Source: Lingula anatina (taxonomy: Eukaryota > Animalia > Brachiopoda). From it: a DNA stretch of 64,000 nt. The DNA lies in contig CM120645.1 in the NCBI GenBank assembly GCA_051362555.1, forward strand, positions 8,990,001 to 9,054,000, read 5' to 3'. Position numbers and translations under genes: made by a program. Below are positions 51,142 to 61,511 of this stretch, piece after piece. Under the pieces are notes generated by a model that was not told where the DNA came from, did no database searches, and was given only the letters and a program-made list of their open reading frames with translations. Within the stretch, counting starts at the first letter, position 1, and each line of letters begins with the position of its first letter.

Positions 51142-54100
51142 TGCTAGAAACGAACGCAGCGACACCTTCGTTTATCTATCAAGTATGGCAACAGTGTATT
51201 CCAGAAATACACTAGGCAACGAAATGGTTTATATCATCTTGTCGGCAACACTTAAAATGTAAAAGTAAACACTGGGACATTTATAAACTGTGCCTTTTCC
51301 TACATTGAGACACGTACTGGGTAATATACCCAAGCCTTGCCCAATACAAACAGTAATTCATTACGTTAGTCGACACCGAGAGGAATTTGACTGGTAATGA
51401 TGGTTTAAGTACTCATTGCTTACCTTCTAGTATTTCGTCAATTAAATTTATATAAAGTGTTAGAGTGATTTTGAATAATACTTGATGCGACTAAGCCCGG
51501 GCCCGTTCTTTGCAGACCTGCACTGTGCACCGATTGATGACATGCCGCTGCCCAGGACATGAATGCGAGGCAAATATAACGATAGAAGTTTGCTATTTAA
51601 GACATAATACATTCTGCTTTCACTTGAAACTTAAACAGACAACTGCTCGTACATGTATCCAAGAGAATTGGCAATCTGACAATGACAATTCTATGTTTTA
51701 TTCCTATTTACTTTGTGTGGGTCTATATTCCGAATCTTGATTGTTGGTTACAAAAATATTGAGTAAGAAAGATGAAAATCAGAGATATCAACAATTGCTG
51801 GAATACACCAAGACAAAAACGTAGGACCTTTATACCGGGTGTATGCACCATTTTGCATTTAACATCCACCCTAGTTTTTTTTTTCAAATATGAGTGCCCC
51901 CTCTTCCGCTTAAAACTTATTGTAACTTTACATGTATGCACAATCACAGATTCAAATGTAAAACAGCAATAAACCTGAAAATCAAAGTCAACTGTTTTGT
52001 GTATGCAATATGGTTGATTATTAAGAAAATAAACTGGCCTATCCCAGATTCTCGACTAAACCAAGAGTTATCACCGCGCTCAGCAAAAAGGCCGATGCAA
52101 GTAAGGCCGAAACCAAGTGCTGATCAGGGCCTGGGAGTGGTTACAGGGTATATAGCCAGTTATGCTGTCACCTTGAAATTGTTAATTGTCAAATCTCCAA
52201 TGAACAAGTCACTGCATCGTTGATTTTATAAGATTTTTTATGATATTAGAATAACAGAAGTAATTATATGACATATAACAAAACTTATCAACTGGAACTG
52301 TGTAAGTTCCATTGCAATTATTTGTTGAAAAGCCAAGGGAAACACATAGGAGTAGCGGTTTTTTTTTTATCAAGCAGCGCAACAGCGCTTTAGAATGTAG
52401 ACATACACAGTAAAACCTGACCTATCCAGTCGAGTGGTGGAAATGCATGACATAACTTTGCGTGTGTCACATGGACCGCTGTGCCTTTACAAAGGTATTC
52501 ATGCAAAACGTTCCGAAGGGATAAAGGGATAAAAGCAACACATATCAGAACATTATATACCAGCATTATACGCGACGGCGAGGAATTATGTAAAAAAAAG
52601 AGTTGCGGTGTCAGATTATTTTTAATTTATCACTCTTCACAGCAAAAAAACGAAGCCTGGTACAATTCGTACAGTAAAAAAATCATTATGGTGACAACTG
52701 CAGGTGAGAACGCTTTTTCGGGCATGATATAAGACATGGAACAAGGTGATGCATGAATTTTATTTCGTTTAACGCATTTAAATGTGTCTTTACAGGTTCA
52801 GTCAAAGGAAATACCTACATTCAACGCCCGGTGTTAAGGAGAAAAAATATATACATGAGTCAGAAAACTATATATCATAATGCATACAGTAGCAGGGAAT
52901 TCTGAAAATCACAACATTATCTACACTATGGAATTTTAAGGTTTGGGCCATAAACATGATGGAAGAAGGAACTAGCAATTCATGTTCTGCAAGCTATTGT
53001 CGTTTTAAACTGAAATTGGCATTTCTTTGCGGGGGTTCAGCGATTAAAATTTTTGTTTCATTTAATCGTGTCCAAAGTTCAAGATATCTTTTATATTTTG
53101 CAGACAGAAATGAGACTAAAATATTTACAAGTATCACTTTTCTTTTGAATTATTTCTAATTTTAAAATCCTCAGCCATTTAAAAAAAATGATAGGATGCA
53201 AGCACGACACGAAAATACAAAAATATTTATAAGGAAAATCAAACAAAGAAAAAAGAAAAATATGTCCCACACAAGCTTTTTACAAATACCTAATGTCCAA
53301 AACTAAACGTTTGAATCATTCACTCTGGCGCATGCGCACATCTACACCAGTTTTTCAAAAAACTTCAGATCCTACAGTGGGTCTTCGCTTTTACTGTTCA
53401 TCTGTTTGTCCGTCGATAATTGCGACTGTACTTCTGTTGGCCTGTTTATCTCTCTGTCTGTGTGTCTGCCTGTCTGACTCAGGGTTGTGCATATACCATG
53501 ATAACTTTATATTTTTTAAATTAAAAAGGTTATGCATGGAATTCATATACCATAAATTTTGTCTTCTCCGAGTTCGATTATTTGTAATTTTACGCCTCGT
53601 AGGCCATAATTATGAAAAAGAAAAAAATCTTTGCTACTACCTTGCATATCCTATTTTTTTAAAACCCTCACAAATAATACATCGCGGCAAGACAACCCGT
53701 AACAAGTTAAAACACAGTACTTTTGTGGAAAAGCAGTGGCCCAAAACAGGTTCAGCTGGTGTTACCCATACCTAAGATGTTTTCAGTAAAAAAAAAAACA
53801 AAATGCAAATAATACTTAGTGCATGGCGCGGTCACAAAAGCAGTGAATGCTCTAGAGCTCCAAACACCTTTTACGAACATCATTGAACTAAAACATACCT
53901 CAAGAGGCTTCGGTTAAGATAATTGCACCAATTAAATTCTGGTTTTTCTTTAAGAATCTAAATTTCCAAAAAATGGATGTTGGTTCAACATTTATTCAGT
54001 CGTTATGTGTCCTTCTCCGAGCTTTGTCTGTTCACCGTCACTGTCCCCTTGACGTATCAAGGAGTGGGATAGACAAGGAGAGACAAGCCAGAGGTGCTGC

Positions 54101-54289
54101 GGTTTTTCGTCTTGTATTTATGTCTCCTTCATCTAAACCAACTTAATATGGCATACCTATCAAAAGAATAGGACAAATTCAAATATGATGCTCGAAATCG
54201 TATAATCCCTGATGTGAAAGCAGTTTCCTGGTATATATTTTTACAATCTTGAAAATTCACTGTGTCCATCATTTCCCTCTTCAGTCTTA

Positions 54290-54496
54290 GGGTGCGTTCC
54301 CAGAGATTTAGATTTAGATCGACCTAACTCCCTGGGGGTTCACGCTAAATTGCAGTCAGCCGAGCGCGCACCATAGCTAATTACCTCCTTACAGCTTTTA
54401 GTAGGCAGGACAGACGCTTAAGCCGGCTAAGCTGACAATAATCTAGTGAGACTCCCCACAGGGATAGATCGATCTAAAGTCTATGGGAATGGGGTC
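54290..54496. mobile_element. MITE family 2, copy 2
   Basis: Homologous along its length to 20185-20401; flanked by TTA/TAA. Confidence 0.8.
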
Positions 54497-55057
54497 TAAG
54501 CCAAGCTATTATAACTACACGCGATGGAAAAAAACAAATTAAATTAAAGGAACGGGGTCAGTCAATGTATAGCGGGGGCAGTTAAAGCTCAAAGGTTCCA
54601 AACGTTTGACTGTGGACCAGTGCACGTGATGGTGGTCAAGGACAGTTTACTTTTAATGTGACACTGCTGAGGAACATTACAATACAGACAAGGCATGTGT
54701 CCGTGGTGTTTAATTTTTTTGTTGACAAGGAGGTCTTAGTAGTGGTCAGAGGAAATTTGTACAAAAAATACAAAATAAAATATATGAAATATTACTTGAT
54801 TTTTACAAACATACATGTATATTGAAGATACTGTATATGTAGAACATGTGTGTTTAAGGGTAACATATGTTCCCATTACGCATAGGCAAAGTTCGTTGCA
54901 CCATAATTGATTAAATTTAAGTAGGACACAAATGAAATCGAATTCTCTTTTACGGTACGTTGCGTCCATCGAAACATAAAAGACGGAGAAAGGGAGTGTT
55001 GCCACACAGTTCATTTTTAAAACAGCGTTATAATACAAACATTCCTAGCTCCTCAAG

Positions 55058-55809
55058 ATGAACAACACCAAGTTGGTCGCAATCCTCTTAGTGGTAATAC
55101 TGATGGTCTGTTTATCCACGGATTCGGAAGCCGGTAAGTTGTAAGGAAACATGGCGAGTGATAGAATACAATAAAGTTGGTTTTTATGTTTTAGAAGCAC
55201 ATATTAATTATAATTACGCGTAGTCTATGGGATGTCATTCTAATATAAAACAAAACAGAGAACCGCATCTACACTGTAACAAGAAAGACTCGAGGACAAA
55301 CAAGAAAATAATTTATTTTGAGATGACATGTTTTGCTTTATTCTTTTTTAATGCTAAAGCGGTCCGTCTCAGAAGAAGAAGATCGGTGCGTATATGAACA
55401 GTGAATGAACAACGCACTTTAAGCAATTTATATTTATCAGCAGATTTATGCTTATTAATATTAAACACCTAAAGATATCACTCATATTTGAAACAATTTT
55501 ATAGCAGATTCTTTTGCGTATTTGCTCGATTTTTTATCATGGAAGTATGTAGCAAGATAGTTAATATAACAGGAAAATATAACAATTAACTTTTATTAGC
55601 AGATGTGCTACAATATATGTCACAGCTGAAGATGTCACTTGTTAGAAATGTTTGTAACTCTGTGTATGTTTTTTGTAAAAAATGAAGATAATGTGTGGGC
55701 GTCGATTTTTTTATAGATTGTTAATGCAGAAGATTTGAAGACGATCTTGAAGAAGGCTGCGATGGAATCAGGTGAACAGGACATAGAACTTGGTATCGAC
55801 AGCGAGTGA
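55058..55809 (+). CDS. Secreted Arg-rich peptide precursor, array copy H (64 aa, 26-nt micro-exon 2)
   Basis: Exons 55058-55133, 55360-55385, 55717-55809: MNNTKLVAILLVVILMVCLSTDSEA-AVRLRRRRS-IVNAEDLKTILKKAAMESGEQDIELGIDSE*. Confidence 0.82.
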
Positions 55810-57606
55810 TTTTCAGAAACATGCTACATACTGAAACGAACCCAACGACACTGATATAATGATACATATATCAAGTGCGACAGCAATTTATTCCAAAAAT
55901 AAAAGGCAACGTAACGATTTATATCAATAACGCCGCATGACAAAAAATCTAACAGTGCACAATTGGACATTTAGAAGCTTTTCTTTTACTAACAGTGAGA
56001 TACTTGGCTACGCAAAAGAAGCAAATAATATTTATCGTACGGCATTCCTTGTTTACTTAATATTATTACCAATTAAAGGAATGGTTTTAATTTTAGTTAT
56101 AAACAGAAGCTATGCTTAAACTCAATTCATGTAGATCCGAATGTTTGCCGCTGGTTACCAGTCTGGACATGTATGCGAGGCAAATATGACAAAAAGGAGT
56201 GTTAGTTTGCTATTAAAGAAATAATACATTCTGTTTTCTATAGGCTACTGAATAGACAACTTGCTTGTTCATATATCTAAAATAAAAGTAATGTAAACTT
56301 AACTGTGTAATTTATGTAAGTCTGCTTGCCCAGAGAATTGACTGTCTTCTACATTTTTACATACACTGTATTGGTGTTGACTGTCTAATCTGTATCCCAA
56401 AATGCCATAGCGTGTTTATCAAAATATAATTCGGTTTGGAAAAATCGTAGAGATTAAAAACTGTCGGTATACACCAAATAATACAAAAATGTGATCTCTC
56501 TTTATAAAACCTTAAGTTACATTTTTCGTAGTTCTCGTAAAAATGAGTTGGCGGCCTTCTTCCCCGAGGAAGGACAAACCAGTATAAGGCATACTGTTTG
56601 TAACACCGCAATAGCAATATCAACTATAAAATCTTTGTTTGATGGGCTCAAATTGGCGAAATGGGAAGAATGGCGCTTTGGCAACGATTGTGCACAAAAT
56701 TGTGGTCATCCGTGGGGGAAAATTGTAAACTTAAAGGAACAGGGTCAGCTATGCATGACGTACGCAGTTAAAGTTGAAGCGTTTAACTGTGGACGACTGC
56801 ACGTGATGATGGTCAAGGACAGTTTACATGAAAGGCGACACTATTGAGAAAATTACAGTAAAGAAAGGGCAGGTGATTTTTAACCCAATGCAAGGTATCG
56901 GTGTACAGTTTTCTCAAGGGCGAATGAGGTGACAAGATTTTACAGTAGTGTTCAGAGGCTTTTGAAAAAAAAAACACATTAAATTAAGTCTTTCGCTTGT
57001 TTTTACTTACATATATAAATGTCACAAGATAAGTGTTTATAGCACAATGGATGTCTTCTAATAACGAATAGACAAAATCCGCTGCATCATAAATTATTTA
57101 TTTTAAATAAGATACAAATAAATCGAATTTTCTTTTACGGTGTGTTGAGTCCAACAAAATATGAAAGACAGGTAATGGGAATATTGCCAAGGTCAGTTTA
57201 CATGAAAGGCGACACTATTGAGAAAATTACAGTTAAAAAAGGACAGGTGATATTATAACCCAGTGCAAGGGATGGGTGTCTAATTTTCTCAGGGGTGAAT
57301 GAGGTGACAAGATTTTACAGTAGTGATCAGAAGCTTTTTGGAAAAAAATACAATATAGTCCTTTACCTTTTTTCTCACATACATAAATGTCACAGGATAT
57401 TTGCACAACGTGTTTATAGCACAGAGTATGTATTCTAAAAACGCACAGGCAAAGTTCGTACTGAATTTTCTTGTACGGTACGTTGAGTTCATTATTTTTC
57501 GCCTTTACGGCATGTTGCACCCAGAGCATAATAAAAGACGGGAAATGGGATTGTGACGCACTTCACATTTAAAACAGCGTTATACGAACATACCGAGCTC
57601 CTCAAG

Positions 57607-58411
57607 ATGAACAACACAAAGTTGGTTGCAATCCTCTTAGTGGTACTACTGGTGGTATGTTTGTCCACAGACTCGGAAGCCGGTAAGTTGTAAAAAAACA
57701 CTATGTCATCTAAACGAGAGTGAAAGAAAAATACATGTAATGCGGTTTTGATATACAGTGTACGTATCTTACAATAAATATTTGTTTGAGAGTTTTTAGA
57801 AGGTCATGCATTGTCATGTCATGTAGTCCGATAACATAATTTTAATATAAATACAGACAGCGAAGCACATACATGTACCACTACGTAATGTAACAAGCAC
57901 ACGGACAGATAGACCAAATGACAAACAAGAAAACAGATATTATTTTGATATGATGTTTTGCGTTTCTTTTGAAATCCATAGGTAAAGGAAGAAGGAGGAC
58001 ACAATTCGTAAATATTCTTCCAAATGAACATGACTCGGTGCGTATGCATTAAGTTGAGCAATTATTGCATTTATGAGCAGATTTATGCTGTCCTAATCTT
58101 TATTAAAGCTAATAATCAAAATTGAAACGATTTAATAACACTTAGATTAAACACTGGTATCTGCTTAATTGTTCTCAATCAGATTGTGTAATGTACTGCT
58201 TATTAGAAATATGTGGAACACTGAAGTCACTGTATTCTGTGTCGTGAAATAAATACGGCATGATCGCTTCTTAGATATTGAAAATCATGCACTCTATAAT
58301 GTGTATAAGAGCGTTTAAATCTTTTTTGTATAGTTTGGTTATGAAGATTTGGGGAGAAATATGAAGAGAGATGTCACGAAACTCGATGAACAAGACGACC
58401 AAAAAAGGTAG
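57607..58411 (+). CDS. Secreted Arg-rich peptide precursor, array copy I (69 aa, most divergent)
   Basis: Exons 57607-57682, 57982-58037, 58334-58411: MNNTKLVAILLVVLLVVCLSTDSEA-GKGRRRTQFVNILPNEHDS-FGYEDLGRNMKRDVTKLDEQDDQKR*. Confidence 0.8.
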
Positions 58412-59610
58412 CGACGCCGAGTGAAGCAAAGAAACATGCCACATACCGCTTGAAACGAAGGCAACTTCAACTTCGCTGATCTATCAAGTAATTTATAACA
58501 GAAATAGAATGAACGACGATTTATGCCAGTTAGGCAGCAATGCACGAAATCTAACAGTGAACTTTAGTGCATCTGGAAACTTTGCTCTTGCCTACAGTGA
58601 TATACTGGAAATATATGTACTTAAGCCATGGAAACGCCAAACAGACCAATAATCCTAAAAGTTAGTCGACACCGCCCAAAAATGTAATGGTAGTGATAGT
58701 TATTAAGTACTTATTGTTTATCTGCCACCATTATTAATCAGTAAAGGGTACAGTTAGATTAAGGATTGCTTTGATTTTAAATATTATATAGTGGAAGCGA
58801 CTAGCACTCAATCCATGTAGATCTGCAGTGTATACGCCGACTGTTGCAGTTTTGTCCGGACATACGCGTAAGGCAAATATGGGGAGACAATTGGTATTAT
58901 ACTATCAAAGATATAGTACATTCTGCTTTAAGTAGGATGATAACCAGATGATCTGCTTGTGAATCTATCTATGTTTTAAGCCCACTGTATTGCTGTATCC
59001 CGACTCGCGATTGTTGGTTACAAAAATGCACTGTGAATTAGAAAGATCAGAGACACCCAAGACTATTAGAATATACCGAAAACCCCACAAACGAAATTTG
59101 TGCAATATTGTTTGTAAATAAAAACTTTTGCTGACTCATTGCATCATAATTTTTAGGATGATGAGTCGTATGGAATATTTGATATATAACTTTTATCCCT
59201 TAGGCCATAACATTTATAACATTCAACAATTTGTTACATTGTTAGTATAGTGGGGTTATATAATAAATGCGGCCTCGTTTGGCCAAATATCGAACAACCA
59301 ATATTCTTTGTTCCCTTCTTTCTTGTTGTGAATGGAACTTAAAAGTTTGTGGTGCACTAGGAAGGAGGAGGAGACATAAGACATTTGCCCCCATTTATAC
59401 CACGTTTAGTCATATTGATAAAATGCCACAGCTAACCAATTGGAATTGTACGCGTTCCAGTGCAATAATTCATTTGAAAATAAACGAGAGTTTATTGTAT
59501 CGCATTGCAACAGAATTTTGAGATGTAGTCTGTGACAATACAAAGTAAAGTAAAATTGTAGACCTTTATATTATAGTGACAATTTCAGGTCACAAAGTAA
59601 CGCTTGGTAA

Positions 59611-59833
59611 GGGCCCCTTTACACTGGACGGCGTCCTTTCTGCGTCCAGCAGTACGGCCCCATTTGAGAGTTAAAAAATTATAATACTTTACGTGCCGAC
59701 AACTGGCCGATCATTGAGCATTCATTCTGATACAAAATCAATGCTTGTGCCTCCTTGTTAAGACCACAGCGATGCCAAATTTCATGGTCGCAGAAAGGAC
59801 GCAAAAAGGTCGCCGTCCAGTGTAAAGGGGGTT
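59611..59833. mobile_element. MITE family 1, copy 2
   Basis: TAA-GGGCCCCTTTACACTGGACGGCG...CGCCGTCCAGTGTAAAGGGGGTT-TAA; reverse-complement homolog of 1571-1783. Confidence 0.8.
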
Positions 59834-60728
59834 TAAATGAATATAATAGGACACAAGGTGTGGCATGAAGTGTCTCTTCAAGCGTATCCTTGGAAAGTGT
59901 TCCCTCACCTTCAGGGGATTAAAAGATAAAAACAATACATACAAATGTTTTAGATATTTTACCACGCTTCCCAGCAAACTTTTAAAATGCACTAGTGATC
60001 TGAGACAGTACAAAGCAGACTTATTTTAGTGGCGGCAATTTTATGGCAAGATCTGACATGCAGGTAAAAGAACTACTGTAACACAAGGTGCCACATGAAC
60101 TGACGTGTCTTTACAAACTTTCCCATGCAAAAACGCCCACTTCACGGGTTAGCCCCAGTGGATTAAGCGATGAATCAACCTATACATACAGAAGCTTATA
60201 TATCACACACCATTTATTGTATTAATGAAAAACAACGTTAAATATCCTGCGGTATTTCGGGATTGGCATAAACATATATTGAAATAGAGTGGTGGAGTGA
60301 CTGAAGCTGCATCTTGCAGGGTAACGTCTTGCGTGTTTTTACAAGGGTAACGTTCAAAAACACTGCCTAACTAAACTGAATGTGTCCAATACAAGTTTCT
60401 AGTTATTTTGGCGTTATGCAGATAACTCGAATGTGTCTTATTAATACCCCCCCCTTGCCCCCTCGACCCCACCTTTTCTGAACTGGCTGTGTTTCACGAT
60501 AACTTTCAATTTTACAATTTGTTTGAGTTTTAAGTTTTAGAAATCTTAATGCAGACAACATCAAGCTTTCAAAATCCCCATTCATTTCACATTTTAAATA
60601 TCCTTTTTGTGATTGACCGATCCTAGTCTGTCGGAGTTCGCATTTGATTGGTCGCACCATTCCTACAATACTCTTCTGGAATGCGATGCTTCTCTAACAC
60701 AATTTATGAAGAGACGGGGTGAGCTCTC

Positions 60729-60729
<1 letters not shown>

Positions 60730-60801
<72 letters not shown>
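60730..60801. repeat. Poly-T followed by (TG)n microsatellite
   Basis: ~35 T followed by ~19 TG units. Confidence 0.95.
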
Positions 60802-60805
<4 letters not shown>

Positions 60806-61511
60806 AAATGCATAAAAGCTGCTTTCGCCCAACATCAGTTAGAAGTTAAGCAAGTTTAAGATAGATTTTAGTTTATAATGTCAAAATGTCTCACAAGAGA
60901 ACAAGCAGAAAACTAATAAAGTAAGTGCAATGACACATTACTGCGTAGAAAACCTTATTTTCGAAATAATAAAATAATCCACATTATATTCAATATTTAT
61001 CACAGTATTTTATTGTTGATAGTCGTTATCTCACACATCTAACAATAATGGGCTCCATCGTGGCAATCTACCAACGTCTAGACACTCACTTACTTTGCTA
61101 ATTTTCATTAATTAACTGCATGCATTTTATAAGAAAAATATGTATTTATACATACAATTCTATTACATATCATGTATGAAATAGATATAACAAGGTCAAA
61201 ATGAATATTTAATGCAGCTGCATCTGATCTATAGAGTCACTACGTACTTTTAAAAAACTCCGTTTAAGCAAATACCAGATACTTCAATATAGAGCAACAC
61301 TCTGAGTCCGTTACTTTGCTAGCGTCTCTTACTAGATTATATTTGATAGGGCATATCAAATAAGCCAAACAAAACATCAGTTTTTTACCCTCTACAATAG
61401 AGCAGTGGCGACACTTGTAAGCTAATATCATGTAATAACTGGCGATAATTGGCAAAGGGCTGTTGTCCTTCCGGTGGTGCTTCCGGTGGTGCTTCCGGAT
61501 TTTGCTCCAGT

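Noticed and set aside
48651-53775. Long ORFs 48651..49109 (152 aa) and 53293..53775 (160 aa)
   Set aside because: No recognisable motifs. The paralogous copy of the 48651 ORF (~28935-29400) has in-frame stops, and the 53293 ORF runs into spacer sequence shared with ~25650, so both look non-coding.
27489-57701. Recurrent minus-strand ORFs such as MDGMVFHFNLPSESVDKLTTSNTTKKIATNLLLFILR
   Set aside because: They are antisense translations of exon 1 and the promoter of the plus-strand peptide genes. Starts and stops vary between copies, while TATA, Kozak and splice signals are all on the plus strand.
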